From a virus (taxonomy: Duplodnaviria; Caudoviricetes), in IMG/VR virus record IMGVR_UViG_3300027365_000007: a DNA stretch of 64,000 nucleotides; one strand, 5' to 3'. Both the position numbers and the translations under genes were made by a program. Below are positions 18,401 through 29,010 of this stretch, piece by piece. Below the pieces are notes generated by a model. It had not been told where the DNA came from. It made no database searches and worked only from the letters and a program-made list of their open reading frames with translations. Every line of letters begins with the position of its first letter. Position 1 is the first letter of the stretch.

Positions 18401-18875
18401 TAATCACTGGACTGGTATTACTGTTTTAAATGACAGTGCGTCAAACAGTAATGGTTTCCAGTTAATGACTCACTGGAATAATGAATTAAATCAACCATCG
18501 AAAAGAATATCAGTACGAACTAAAGATGATACACAAACAATCTTTGGAGAGTGGAGAGAAATTGCTTGGTATGATGAAGTTCGCAATGCTAGTTATGAAT
18601 ATAAATCTGAAGAAGTAATTTCGGCATCTGGTACAGTAGTTATAAACAAAACAGATGTTTTTGGAACTGATGACATTAGTACACTAGGTATTGATTTACG
18701 AGATATAAAAATAGATGTAAAAGTTTTAGATACAACTTCTGGAAGTCCAACCAATGGTATGTGGATAGATGCTAGTGCGGTAGCAACATACGGCATTAAT
18801 ACTACCAATGAAACAATAACTATTATTAATGAATATACCAACAGTTTAACATTTTATATTAGGATATCTCTATAA
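15483..18875 (+). CDS. fibre-type virion protein with a coiled-coil shaft
   Basis: 1130 aa; GDTSQRP..GxxRYNT N-terminus, 18-aa repeats, YASLDSNGKVP, LSGDVTG/DDSHNH fibre repeats. Confidence 0.75.
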   Translation: MAKRLYFKDYYYLQGNNVHVHGVGGLKVPSGDTSQRPDVMEATMRYNTETNSWELGTHNDMLIFNTNDDGTSSFYSKNGGVLHGDVVIEDGHKIQNADGSYIRPSYTFANDLDTGLYRSAENTIDVVVGGEFNSNEVPAIRVTRNGSLSGDYDQTVEINAELVINGSITNVQSTDLEVEDNTITLNKNGINAGRSGIEIEANGAIASRFYYDFAKSKWSTNNILITDQPDPVVASDSANKNYVDVEIQTLDDDLTAVIEQNYQTLDQKIDNEITRATNRENTIENNLNAEITRATSEEQRIETKFDTAVSDLQSTDSDLQTQITDEVNRATGEEQRIETKFDTAVSDLQSTDSDLQTQITNEVNRATTREDDLQTQITNEVNRATTRENNIDTALTNEVTRATGEEQRIETKFDTAVSDLQTIDSNLQSQITNEVNRATGEEQRIETKFDTAVSDLQTTDSDLQTQITNEVNRATTREDDLQTQINGKEDELGYIPEDSANKSQPNGYASLDSNGKVPTSELPNSVFGGISYQGSWDAVNNTPILQSGVGTRGEYYKVSNASTNTTLNTTLDGENDWSIGDIVLFNGSVWEKFDQTDKVTSVSGVNNTTPKVGDVILSLEDVGASSYGADLSTATDALDARNKLLLGTASTYDVGTAEGEIPVRVASGALTGNLLGNANTASTLETPRTFNFLGDATGSVIFDGSSDANITLTVQDDSHNHIISNIDGLQTALDGKLDGNAIAVNSELLDGVSSEQFLRSDVPDELTYNNLGLGTGLTFGVNTDGTVTHSGLVLKAGTNPSSGDRLFTIKSEGESPRLIVEHDGAVKTSNPDMYVNVVPDGSGGYRVYHDNYHPVADALSNAIDVTLSGDVTGTINTDFSGNANITTTVVDNSHNHIWDNISDKPAPTITLDGDVSGSTTLTDLADGTITVDIDDTYNLIVVPTTSSYPAVSSLPASVSAIDAYNSPDNPDGSNHWTGITVLNDSASNSNGFQLMTHWNNELNQPSKRISVRTKDDTQTIFGEWREIAWYDEVRNASYEYKSEEVISASGTVVINKTDVFGTDDISTLGIDLRDIKIDVKVLDTTSGSPTNGMWIDASAVATYGINTTNETITIINEYTNSLTFYIRISL
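16296..16943 (+). repeat. twelve 54-bp (18-aa) coding modules
   Basis: Units such as EVNRATGEEQRIETKFDT / AVSDLQSTDSDLQTQITN / EVNRATTREDDLQTQITN. Confidence 0.9.
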
Positions 18876-21800
18876 TGTCAGTAAATGTACCGGCTTATAA
18901 TTTAAATGGACAACAAATAAAAGAATTATACGGAACGACGGAAACGCCTTTTGAGTTTTATTATGGTACAGGTACTGGAAGTCAGCCATCATTTGAATTA
19001 ATTCAGGAAGATTCATTTAACATATATTTCTATAGGAAGACTAATACTGGTCAACTTTATTTGATGGTTGTGTTCAACAAATACACACCTAGTAGAGTGG
19101 GACAGCCGGGAGGTAGTATTTCCTTTACTATATCTGGATTGAGTTCTGGATACAATATAGAGTTTTCAGATGATTCTGCTGAAGCATTTACGATTATAGA
19201 CTCTGATAGTATATCTAACTCTTATGCATGGCAACGTGACCTTACTGATGGATTCGCTATAGAGTTGATTGAACCTATCAATACGTTAACTATAGATGTG
19301 ACAGCGTATAATAATATCAATCAATTTAGTTTTATAGATAATAATGAACAACTTTATACTATTCCGTTTTCGCAAACAACACAATTAATTATACAGCCGA
19401 CGCAAATAACTTATGATGGTGATATTTATTTAGACCCGCCTGCTGGAATATATCAAGTACCAAAGACTATTAACGTGTACTTATCCAATGATGTACAAGA
19501 CACTATTGTAACAGATGATGGTACTACGCCTACATTGGCTGAATATATAGCATATGATGATCTTGACCCTCCCAATCCATTTATAGCGGTGGTACAAGAC
19601 GGTCGTGGTAATGTTACATTTGATGGCGGGTTTCCAAAATTTTATAATACATATGCACCAACATACGCTGCCGAAAACTTAGATTTTGAAGCATTAAGGT
19701 TTTCTGCTAATTGCTTAAGTACCTCTGGTAATTCATATGCATACGATATCATAAACTATAATTCGGTGACTATTCAAAGTGGGGATACTCTTGAATTTGA
19801 AATATACATCGAAAATGATGCTAATGAATATCGGGCATCAATAGGTGCTGCTATTAGTGATGGGTCAAATCTGCGGGATAAAAATATTGTCGATCAGAAT
19901 GGATTTAGAACACATCCTTCGGACGAGCTTACTGGATACGCAGATAACAAATGGTATGCACGGGTTTTCGATCTCTCGTCACTAAGTGGATTAAGTCTTA
20001 ATAACTGGACTGTGGGTATAGAAGCAGATACACAAAGTCTTACTCATGCATATTATAGAAAAGTATTTATAAAAGATATTGACGGTAATGTAAGGTTTAC
20101 TATATATGATGGCAGTCTTGGTGTCTCTCAAATATTAAACTCTAATGTCAATAATTATACAATCACTGTAAAAGAAACAAAGGTGGTAGAGCCTGCGTTT
20201 AAATATTTTTATAACGTACTGAACTTTATTAGTAATAACGATAAAGTTGCTGCGGGAAATAATAAAATATTGTTTTTGGGTGATTCTAATAGTAGAGAAA
20301 CATATAACATAAAAGACTATCGTAGTAGCGACTTCGCTGTGTCTATTGAAAGAGTATGTCAACTTGCTGGCTATGAACCAGTTATACGAACATCGTCGGA
20401 TTTTGGTAGTACATTAAACCCTAGTTATTCTTTTTTAGAAGAGCATTGTGCTGTTGTGCTGTTTTCAACAAAGTTTACTAATGCTTCAACGACATACATG
20501 ACCTCACAGGCAGTTAATAACTTAATTTCTTATCGAGAAGCGGGAAATGGTATTTTTATAGTTACTGATCATGGTACTGGACCTGATGGATTTTATGTAA
20601 CTGCTAACCAATTAGCAAATCAGTTCGGTGCATATTTTGAAGGAAACTATAATCGCAGTCCAGTTAACGTAGGTTTTTTAAGAACTACTTATGGTGATCA
20701 CCCTCTATACAACAACATGAGCGATCAAGAATTTATATTTGCTGGTGCGTCAGAATCTAGAGTTTTTGTTACTGAATATCCTTCTTATGATAATAGTACT
20801 ATTCCCGATCAAAATTTATCCAATCCGGGGTATATCAGTTATAAATTTTTAATTCGGGACGCCAGTAACACACTGCAATCGCTAAACTATACCTACGGTT
20901 TGCAGGTTGCTGAAATAGTTAATTTTTTAAATGATCAAGACCAAGTGATTACAATTAAAAATATAGGTGTTGAAAATAGAGCCTCTATTGATTTTCAAAT
21001 AAATGATGCTGGATTAGGAAATGTAAATGGTCTAGTAAAAAGAAATGGTATTGTAGTAGGGGATGTCTTTTTTGATGGAACCACTCAGGAAGTTCAATAT
21101 TATAGACATGATGGTAATGAAATAATTGTAGATGATGGAGATATTATTAGTGTAGAAATAACTTCACCTTTGCAGTATACAAAAAACCTTCAGATAGAAC
21201 GGTTTCAACCCAATGTTGGTGACGTTTATTCTTATTCAAGGTTTTTGTCAGAGATAAACAATCCAGACTGGTTTGAACAGAAAGTTAATCGCAATGAATT
21301 TTCAGTACTGGACAACATGAATTATAACCGTTCATATAGAAGAGCGTATAATGTCGAGCGTATACGTGGATATATAAACAACACAGGTGAGTTGCCAGAA
21401 GCTACGGCCTTGGTATACTCTAGTGCAACTGATGCACAAAATGCATTGGGAACGGTATCTGAGCCCACACAACAGGAAATATTTAACCAATTTGGTGTAT
21501 TTGCTTCTGGTGGCACTGGCGATCAATCCTATTATGAAACTAAGGCATTAGCACCTAACACTGATCCGTATTCGACATGGGTTTATAACACCAGTACAAA
21601 TGCTATTGAACAGACGGCGAATACTGGTTATTATACTGGCTTCGTGAGTCCAGAAAAACTAGATCGATATGTATTAGAAGTGACAGTGACATCACCGGGT
21701 GGAGATGATGATGGTATAGGTGTTGTTGCGGCGCATTTTTGGGATGCGACGAATTCTCAAAACTATACACTTTCGTTTGTTGTGAATAATGGTGGATTAT

Positions 21801-22324
21801 TTGGTGATATAGGACCAATTGTAGCCGTTAAAAATTTCAGAGGTATAGATTATAAACTTCTTGATTACAGTACGCACGTTGCGACATATTCAAATGCATC
21901 CGGTGGTAATGGTTGGTCTGGAAAACGCATGAGAGTGAAAGTTGAGAGAAATCAAAATATTATTAAAATGATAGCAACCAAGTGGAATGATTTGAATAAC
22001 TATGATCCGGCGAGTGAGATAATAATAGATATTAACGCTGATGTAGATTTATCCATGTTTAGTGATCCAGCATCATACGGCTATTCATCGAACTCACAAG
22101 CGAGTAGTACTTTTGAAAACATAAGTTTCACTGGTGGTGTCAATTACGACTTTGTTGTTGATATGCAAAATCAAATTGTATATCGCTATAATAGTGTATC
22201 GCTTGAATGGGAAAGTACTGGTATCACTGTTCAAGACTTATATGGATATCCTAGAACCGTAAGAAATCCCAGTAGTGGTGAGACTTTCTACATAACGGAA
22301 AACAATGTAACCCAAATTAATTAG
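18875..22324 (+). CDS. fibre-associated multidomain structural protein with putative lectin-like domains
   Basis: 1149 aa, beta-rich, TAATG-coupled to the fibre gene; C-terminal TVTSPGGDDDGIGVV resembles the thrombospondin C-terminal DDD motif. Confidence 0.55.
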   Translation: MSVNVPAYNLNGQQIKELYGTTETPFEFYYGTGTGSQPSFELIQEDSFNIYFYRKTNTGQLYLMVVFNKYTPSRVGQPGGSISFTISGLSSGYNIEFSDDSAEAFTIIDSDSISNSYAWQRDLTDGFAIELIEPINTLTIDVTAYNNINQFSFIDNNEQLYTIPFSQTTQLIIQPTQITYDGDIYLDPPAGIYQVPKTINVYLSNDVQDTIVTDDGTTPTLAEYIAYDDLDPPNPFIAVVQDGRGNVTFDGGFPKFYNTYAPTYAAENLDFEALRFSANCLSTSGNSYAYDIINYNSVTIQSGDTLEFEIYIENDANEYRASIGAAISDGSNLRDKNIVDQNGFRTHPSDELTGYADNKWYARVFDLSSLSGLSLNNWTVGIEADTQSLTHAYYRKVFIKDIDGNVRFTIYDGSLGVSQILNSNVNNYTITVKETKVVEPAFKYFYNVLNFISNNDKVAAGNNKILFLGDSNSRETYNIKDYRSSDFAVSIERVCQLAGYEPVIRTSSDFGSTLNPSYSFLEEHCAVVLFSTKFTNASTTYMTSQAVNNLISYREAGNGIFIVTDHGTGPDGFYVTANQLANQFGAYFEGNYNRSPVNVGFLRTTYGDHPLYNNMSDQEFIFAGASESRVFVTEYPSYDNSTIPDQNLSNPGYISYKFLIRDASNTLQSLNYTYGLQVAEIVNFLNDQDQVITIKNIGVENRASIDFQINDAGLGNVNGLVKRNGIVVGDVFFDGTTQEVQYYRHDGNEIIVDDGDIISVEITSPLQYTKNLQIERFQPNVGDVYSYSRFLSEINNPDWFEQKVNRNEFSVLDNMNYNRSYRRAYNVERIRGYINNTGELPEATALVYSSATDAQNALGTVSEPTQQEIFNQFGVFASGGTGDQSYYETKALAPNTDPYSTWVYNTSTNAIEQTANTGYYTGFVSPEKLDRYVLEVTVTSPGGDDDGIGVVAAHFWDATNSQNYTLSFVVNNGGLFGDIGPIVAVKNFRGIDYKLLDYSTHVATYSNASGGNGWSGKRMRVKVERNQNIIKMIATKWNDLNNYDPASEIIIDINADVDLSMFSDPASYGYSSNSQASSTFENISFTGGVNYDFVVDMQNQIVYRYNSVSLEWESTGITVQDLYGYPRTVRNPSSGETFYITENNVTQIN

Positions 22325-22348
22325 AAATAACTAGCCTCAAATTGTAGC

Positions 22349-22356
22349 TATAAATA
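22349..22356 (+). promoter_or_regulatory. late promoter TATAAATA
   Basis: Exact consensus 30 nt upstream of the 2167-aa gene. Confidence 0.75.
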
Positions 22357-22385
22357 GATTATATAGCAATATAACGGAGTAATAA

Positions 22386-25300
22386 ATGGCTGATAAAAAT
22401 ATTAAGAATTTCCTACCCTCGGTTTTTCAAACTAATAAAATTAAAAACTTCATGGATTCGACTTCAGAAACGTTGTTCAGTGACAACAATTCTGAAAATC
22501 GTTCCTTTTTTGTTGGTCGAAAAATCGGTGGTTTATATGATCCGCTTAAAGATTATTATGCAGAAGAAATCAGTAAAATCCGAGAAAATTATCAACTAGA
22601 GCCTTCGCTTGTGATCCGTAATACAGACAGCCGTGAAGTGAGTGATGTATTATTTTACGAAGATCTACTTAAGAGTCTGGAAAATTCAGGTTCGCAGGTA
22701 CAAGATCATTCCAAGCTCTTCAGTTCTAATAAGTTTTCTTTTGCGCCTCCAATTGACATGGATATGTTCGTCAATTACTCCGATTATTACTGGTATCCAG
22801 AAGGCGGTTTTGAGATTAGGGTTGACGCTAATCCCAATGACTTATATGGACGAATTGCGGCTACTGTACGTATCATACAAACGAATGAACCGCTTGAAAT
22901 CTCATCAGGTATGCACTTAACTCTTAATGATGGAAAGACATACATTGTAGAGGGTGTTGGTGTTTATATTGAATTGATAGAGTTTGACCCTGATAATAAT
23001 AAACCCTTTATGATTGATAGGGTTTACAACACTACTGAAACATCAAATGATGTAATCGAACGCTTTCCCGCTGAATACATTACCATGGAACGTGGTGCAT
23101 ATGATTACAATCCATGGTCACGTAATAACTCATGGTATCATAAAGACGTGATCAACAAGGTAATTGGTCAGGAACGTTTTTATGCAGAGAGATCAAGAAG
23201 GGCTCAACGTCCCATCATTTGCTTTCAGAAAAACATCGAACTATTCAACTATGGTAACCATATTGCTTTTGTAAAAGCGATTGATACAACATTAGATACT
23301 GATATGGGTGGAGCAAGTATTGAACTCAATGATACGGTTATTATCCACGGTGACAATACCATATATCAATATGATGGGAATGCTTTCATAGCGTATAGCA
23401 CTGCATCACATGGGGATAAGGTGGCTATCTATGAAGGTACAAATAAAGCTGATGAATTCAAGTGGGATGAGATAGAGCAGGACTGGGTTTTATGTCAAAG
23501 AAAACTTGATGTCAACCAGCCTATTAAATTCAATTTGTATGATAGTGCTGATAGTGATGCGACATTATTCTCAGATGAATTCAAGTATCCCGAAAGTACT
23601 TTCAATGGGTGCGAAATCTTTAGATATGGTACATCAAATGTTAGTATTGAAGATCCTGTGCTTGGCTTTGGATTGAAATATAAAGCGTTCAAGGAGTCGT
23701 CTGACATTGTGTTTGAAAATGCCATGACGGATGTTTATTCTTATACGGTGGGTAGTAATGAACATACCATTAAAAACGGCTTCTATAAAATCATAAACCC
23801 AAATAATATTGAAAGAAATAATATTATCAAATTCACTATTGGTAAGAACTATACAACTGGCGAACCTGTTGTATATATCAACGGGCGTGAACAGAAAAGT
23901 CTTATTTTGAAGGCTAATACCCAGTATCGTCTTGACTATACCGATAGTAGTACGACTGTACGTAGCTGGTATGAAAAGTATAGTCCCATTGAGATTTTGG
24001 ATGAAAACGGTACTCAGGTTGTGCGCCCAACACACGCTGATTCTTCGAATAACGACGTACTTATATCATTCTCTGAGACATCCGCTGGTGGATATACTTA
24101 TAAAACCTCTTATTATGAGGGGAAGATTCATGTTATTAATGAAACGGTTGCAGACTTTTATTATGGAAATTCGTGGGAAAGATCAACAGATACTGACGTT
24201 ACCTTAAAGCTAGAAAAAACTATTAATAATGATGACGATCTTAAGATTGGTCTTACCTATACTCCGAGAAATGATAATGCGATCAGAGTTGTTTATAATG
24301 GCGATGTTTTAGGCAAATCGTCGTATTATTTCGATGTCAGCAATGTTGTTATCACTGATATTAGTAACGAAGTTGTAAAAGGGGATTATGTTGAAATATT
24401 CTATACAACTAATGACCCAGTGTCAGTCGATTCTGATGAAATACAAATGGTTCATCCGAGTTTGAATAATAACCCAATGAATGATGATATTGTTGATTTT
24501 GCGTATTCAGAAGTATTTGACCAATTTCGTTCTATCATTCGTAACCAGCCGTTCCTTAAAGGTACTGCACTTACTGACAATAATTTCAGAGACACTGTAA
24601 AAGATGGTTCGTTGGGTACGTCAATACTGAAGCATGAAGCGCCAATGGTACCGCTGATGTTTGCAAATACGTCAGATGAGGCGGATGTTATTGAATCCAT
24701 CATTAGTGCAAAAGAATACTATAATAATTTCAAAAATTCACTTGTAGTGGCGGCTGATGAATACAACAGATCATATGATATATCTGATGCAAATGTTAGA
24801 GATATTTTCGATGACATCGTTGAGACAATAAATTCAGGGCGTCGAAAGACGGACCCATACGCGTATTCTTATATGTTTGCAACATACAATAAGTATACCA
24901 ATGTAAACTTTGACAATAATGGTGTTGCGAGTGAATTCTTAAATATCGATATTGATTCAAATGAGCTATACATTTATACCAATGATGGTCTTCGTCTGGT
25001 CGATATTGATTATCGTATTGAGAACGACGATACCACGTTAAACAGCACATTAATTCCATTGACATTCGAGCTTTCTGAAATTGTCGAAAGTCGTTATTAC
25101 CAAGATATGGAACCATCGTTTTGTGCGCCTACGCCAATGAAGTTTGGCTTAGATAGGCCAAAACAACCAACTATTGTAAAAGACGAAACATACCTAAGTG
25201 ACAAGCACTTCATCATAGGACACGATGGTTCTAAGTTTTTGGCATATTCGTCCCAAGAGCAGATTAATACCGGAAAGCTTGATGGACGTGATTTATTAAT

Positions 25301-28300
25301 TCTTGAGCTTGAAAAGCGAATATACAATGGTATTCGTCCCGAATTTAAGAATGAAAGTAAGTCTATAATTAACCTTAGTGATGTCACACCTTCTTACTAC
25401 AAGGATCTTTCTGCCACAAAAGAATTTATCGAAAGTATTGAGTTTAAATTCTTTAGTAAGTGGTGTAATGACAATAATATTGACTATACTGAAAATAGCA
25501 CGTTTGATATCAATAATGAGTTGACTTACAACATACCAGACTTTGAAACCGACAATGGTGTGGTTATTGGTGGTCATTGGAAATCTATATTCCAATACTA
25601 CTATGGTACGACTATACCAAATAAAGCACCATGGGAAATGTTAGAATTTAAAATAAAACCATCTTGGTGGGAAAGTCAGTATGGTACAGATTATTCTAGT
25701 AATAATACTACCATGTGGACTGATATTGAAGAAGGTATAGTACGGCAAGGTGTGCGAGAGAATGTTAGCTTTGACGAGTACAAATCTTCTGATAACCGCC
25801 TTCGAAAGGATGGATTGAATGAAATCTTACCAGTTGATTCAAATGGTGATTTAAGGTTACTAACTGATATTGGCTTAGTTGATCCTGCTACTTTCAACTA
25901 TTATACTATTAAAGATAGTTGGTCTTTTGGTGACCATGGACCCGTAGAACAGGCATGGCGTAATAGTTCGGATTATGCTTTTGTCAAACAGGCGGTATAC
26001 TACATCATTAAACCATTACAGTATGTAACAGAAGCATGGGATACAAAACTAAGCTTCAATCTTCCATCTGGTGAGGTACACAAGCCAAATGAAATGGGGG
26101 TTCATTCTTTTATTGATGGAAGTTCAGATTTCAAGTATGTACCCGGAATATCCCAATGGTTGTATTCGTACTTACAGGTGAAAAACTTATCAGGCGAGAA
26201 ACTTTTGCGCGATAAGTTTTATCAAGCATCTGTTCAGCTATCGCATAAGGTTGGTGGATATGTTGATTCTACTAACATCAGAATCTCAACAGAAACATTT
26301 AACCCAAGATCAGAAAGTAATATCACCAATATCCCATCGGAAGATATCAGTGTGTTACTACATGAGAGTAAGGATATAGCAACTGAAACTTATAGTGGTG
26401 TACTTGTAGAACGAGTTGATGCAAATAAAACCTATTATAACTTTGTCGATGGACAGATATATGATATTAATGAAATCACATACAACACAGATGATAAGAA
26501 TTATTATCGATTAGTTAATGATCATAAGAAGTATCCTGAATGGATAGCGTTCGCTGTATACACTAAGGGTAGGGTAGTAATATTTGCTAATAGACTGTAT
26601 GTATGCCTTGAGGACCATCGAAGTAATGACCAAGAATTTCCTAATGAAAGCTCCAAGTGGAAATTACGAGGTTTTGTTCCAAGTGATTGGGCTCTATTAG
26701 CTGGAAAACCACCTGCTAAAACCACCCATTTTAAAGTATACGGTTATGATCTGTACGATTCTGGGTTCAGAACAATACCTGCAAGTGATGTGTCGAAAGA
26801 GATAGACATAACAGTACCTACTGTTGATAGTAAGCAAGTTCCAGTAGTAACATGGGAGCCTGATACTAAGTACTACAAAGGTCAGTACATGAGAATGGAC
26901 GGCAGTAATCTGTTTATTTGTCGTGTTGATCATATCTCGACAGAAGTCTTCGATGTAGCATATTGGTCCAAGGCGGACAAACTACCATATACCAATATGG
27001 CAAGCGTGAATGTCAAAACAGATGGTGGTGCTAAGATCACTTATGTACCTTATGGGACTGTTTTCAAAACAACTCAAGAGGTTTCCAATTTCTTATTGTC
27101 ATATGGTCGTTACCTAGAACATAGAGGTTGGAAGTTTGATTCGTATGATTCACAACGTAAGAAGATGAAAAACTGGAAACTATCAGTTGAAGAGTTCATA
27201 CGATGGGCGTATGAAAATAAATCATCTGGTAGTGTAATTGGTCTTTCGCCTATATCTGAAGATATACGATTCAGTACGTCACATGGTGTGCCTAGCATAA
27301 CGAGAAATAAAATCAATACTCCGGTGACGTTACTTGGTCCGAAGGGTAATGTGATTGATCCAAAAAATTCAGAATACAATAGACTGGGTGGTGTATACCA
27401 CGTAATGGCCAGTGAACCAGTATTTTATTGTAAGCTCTCAATTAAAGAGTACGAACATATTATTACTGTTAATAATCGTACCGTTTTCAATGATGTTATA
27501 TACGACCCTGAGTTAGGTATACGTAAAGATCGTCTGAAGATCAGAGCTTTAAAAACAAAAGCGTGGGATGGTCGTTTACGTGCTGAAGGATTTATTATTA
27601 GTGGTGATAAGATCCTACCGAACTTTGAGACATCCATCTCAGATATCAAATCTATATCTGATAAAGACGATATATCTATACAGGACATTTATAACCGCCT
27701 TAAGTACCATAACTTCGGCTATGAACAGCGTTCATATCTTGAAGGATTATCCATGGATGATAAAGCTCAAATATCGTTTTATGAAGGTTTTATTCGTCAG
27801 AAAGGTACTTCCGAAGCGTTTCAAAGACTATTAAGGTCTTCCGAGCTTGATGTAAGCGATAATATGAAGATCAATGAAGAATGGGCGTTTAAAGAAGGTG
27901 AGTTTGGGTCAGTAGAGACAGATCAATGCATTGAATTAAAATTCGACAATACCGATATGAAATCCACACCCCAGCCGGTGTATCTTGAGTATAAACAGGT
28001 GTTTGATAACAAAAGAGCTACCGATGTTTATATTGATATTCAAGATCAGGATAAGTGGATATCTAAGCCTAAATCATTGGTTGATGGTAATATCTTCGTT
28101 GAGTCGAGTTTTGACAAAGTGAGAAAGTTCCCAACAGCCGGATATGTACGATGGTCTGATGCCGACTTTAAAGCGTTCGCTCTAAATGGTTTGGGTTCCG
28201 CCATAAAAGAATCTAATCGTAGCATCCTAGAAGGAATGAGAGCATGGATAGCAAAAGATAGTTCCGAGCAATATGGATGGAATGTTTATCATAGTTCCTT

Positions 28301-28889
28301 CCCTGATGTTGTGGTTGACGAAATAATAACCCTTGGAAAAGATTCGGTATCTAGTGCAGTACTAAGATTGTCTGGTAATGATGTTGATGAATCGTATGTA
28401 TATGGAATATATTCTGGTGGATACAATTATACTTTCCGAATAAAAGCAATTGATCCAAACGACAATGTTTATATATTGCTTAGCTTTGATGAAAATGTAT
28501 TCACAACCTTTAATTCGGAAGAAGATTTGACATCGTTGAACAATATGCAATTTGTCAGATGGGTACCTAGTCGTGTGAATATATTTTACGATGATTTCCA
28601 CGAAGATGTACAAGACACTATCGATGCTTATATTAGTAAAATTGAGCATGCGCCATCGGATGGTTATCGTTTATATGTTGATAAGACTAATAACCCTGTG
28701 TCTTACAAAGCTGAAGTATTGGCTGATAACCCAGACGAGTATTGGGATTTTAGCGAAGCTTCACAGGTTGAGGTCAATGACAGCGTTACATTCAATGGCT
28801 TGAACGATTCTACATTCACCCCTGAAAGCGATGCCGGGGTTCCAGATGTATTGAAGCAGAACTATAACCGCTTAAGCGGTTATCGATGA
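22386..28889 (+). CDS. giant baseplate/structural protein, N-terminal part
   Basis: 2167 aa; starts KNFLPSVFQT..KNF; CBM-like W..dtkY repeats; QKGT..AF..L; ends with the first part of a LamG domain. Confidence 0.75.
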   Translation: MADKNIKNFLPSVFQTNKIKNFMDSTSETLFSDNNSENRSFFVGRKIGGLYDPLKDYYAEEISKIRENYQLEPSLVIRNTDSREVSDVLFYEDLLKSLENSGSQVQDHSKLFSSNKFSFAPPIDMDMFVNYSDYYWYPEGGFEIRVDANPNDLYGRIAATVRIIQTNEPLEISSGMHLTLNDGKTYIVEGVGVYIELIEFDPDNNKPFMIDRVYNTTETSNDVIERFPAEYITMERGAYDYNPWSRNNSWYHKDVINKVIGQERFYAERSRRAQRPIICFQKNIELFNYGNHIAFVKAIDTTLDTDMGGASIELNDTVIIHGDNTIYQYDGNAFIAYSTASHGDKVAIYEGTNKADEFKWDEIEQDWVLCQRKLDVNQPIKFNLYDSADSDATLFSDEFKYPESTFNGCEIFRYGTSNVSIEDPVLGFGLKYKAFKESSDIVFENAMTDVYSYTVGSNEHTIKNGFYKIINPNNIERNNIIKFTIGKNYTTGEPVVYINGREQKSLILKANTQYRLDYTDSSTTVRSWYEKYSPIEILDENGTQVVRPTHADSSNNDVLISFSETSAGGYTYKTSYYEGKIHVINETVADFYYGNSWERSTDTDVTLKLEKTINNDDDLKIGLTYTPRNDNAIRVVYNGDVLGKSSYYFDVSNVVITDISNEVVKGDYVEIFYTTNDPVSVDSDEIQMVHPSLNNNPMNDDIVDFAYSEVFDQFRSIIRNQPFLKGTALTDNNFRDTVKDGSLGTSILKHEAPMVPLMFANTSDEADVIESIISAKEYYNNFKNSLVVAADEYNRSYDISDANVRDIFDDIVETINSGRRKTDPYAYSYMFATYNKYTNVNFDNNGVASEFLNIDIDSNELYIYTNDGLRLVDIDYRIENDDTTLNSTLIPLTFELSEIVESRYYQDMEPSFCAPTPMKFGLDRPKQPTIVKDETYLSDKHFIIGHDGSKFLAYSSQEQINTGKLDGRDLLILELEKRIYNGIRPEFKNESKSIINLSDVTPSYYKDLSATKEFIESIEFKFFSKWCNDNNIDYTENSTFDINNELTYNIPDFETDNGVVIGGHWKSIFQYYYGTTIPNKAPWEMLEFKIKPSWWESQYGTDYSSNNTTMWTDIEEGIVRQGVRENVSFDEYKSSDNRLRKDGLNEILPVDSNGDLRLLTDIGLVDPATFNYYTIKDSWSFGDHGPVEQAWRNSSDYAFVKQAVYYIIKPLQYVTEAWDTKLSFNLPSGEVHKPNEMGVHSFIDGSSDFKYVPGISQWLYSYLQVKNLSGEKLLRDKFYQASVQLSHKVGGYVDSTNIRISTETFNPRSESNITNIPSEDISVLLHESKDIATETYSGVLVERVDANKTYYNFVDGQIYDINEITYNTDDKNYYRLVNDHKKYPEWIAFAVYTKGRVVIFANRLYVCLEDHRSNDQEFPNESSKWKLRGFVPSDWALLAGKPPAKTTHFKVYGYDLYDSGFRTIPASDVSKEIDITVPTVDSKQVPVVTWEPDTKYYKGQYMRMDGSNLFICRVDHISTEVFDVAYWSKADKLPYTNMASVNVKTDGGAKITYVPYGTVFKTTQEVSNFLLSYGRYLEHRGWKFDSYDSQRKKMKNWKLSVEEFIRWAYENKSSGSVIGLSPISEDIRFSTSHGVPSITRNKINTPVTLLGPKGNVIDPKNSEYNRLGGVYHVMASEPVFYCKLSIKEYEHIITVNNRTVFNDVIYDPELGIRKDRLKIRALKTKAWDGRLRAEGFIISGDKILPNFETSISDIKSISDKDDISIQDIYNRLKYHNFGYEQRSYLEGLSMDDKAQISFYEGFIRQKGTSEAFQRLLRSSELDVSDNMKINEEWAFKEGEFGSVETDQCIELKFDNTDMKSTPQPVYLEYKQVFDNKRATDVYIDIQDQDKWISKPKSLVDGNIFVESSFDKVRKFPTAGYVRWSDADFKAFALNGLGSAIKESNRSILEGMRAWIAKDSSEQYGWNVYHSSFPDVVVDEIITLGKDSVSSAVLRLSGNDVDESYVYGIYSGGYNYTFRIKAIDPNDNVYILLSFDENVFTTFNSEEDLTSLNNMQFVRWVPSRVNIFYDDFHEDVQDTIDAYISKIEHAPSDGYRLYVDKTNNPVSYKAEVLADNPDEYWDFSEASQVEVNDSVTFNGLNDSTFTPESDAGVPDVLKQNYNRLSGYR
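28864..28883. repeat. perfect 20-bp palindrome
   Basis: ATAACCGCTTAAGCGGTTAT, ending one codon before the TGA. Confidence 0.9.
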
Positions 28890-28909
28890 TATGTCATTAC
28901 ACGTTTGTT

Positions 28910-28934
28910 AAAAAAGGGGCATCTGCCCCTTTTT
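28910..28934. terminator. bidirectional Rho-independent terminator
   Basis: AAAAAAGGGGC-atct-GCCCCTTTTT. Confidence 0.85.
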
Positions 28935-28969
28935 GTTTATATAGATGTACTAAGCCTTAAAATTCAATC

Positions 28970-28977
28970 TATAAATA
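28970..28977 (+). promoter_or_regulatory. late promoter TATAAATA
   Basis: Exact consensus, followed by AGGAG and the ATG at 29011. Confidence 0.75.
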
Positions 28978-29010
28978 CTATACGTACAAAATATATAGGA
29001 GAAGGTATAA

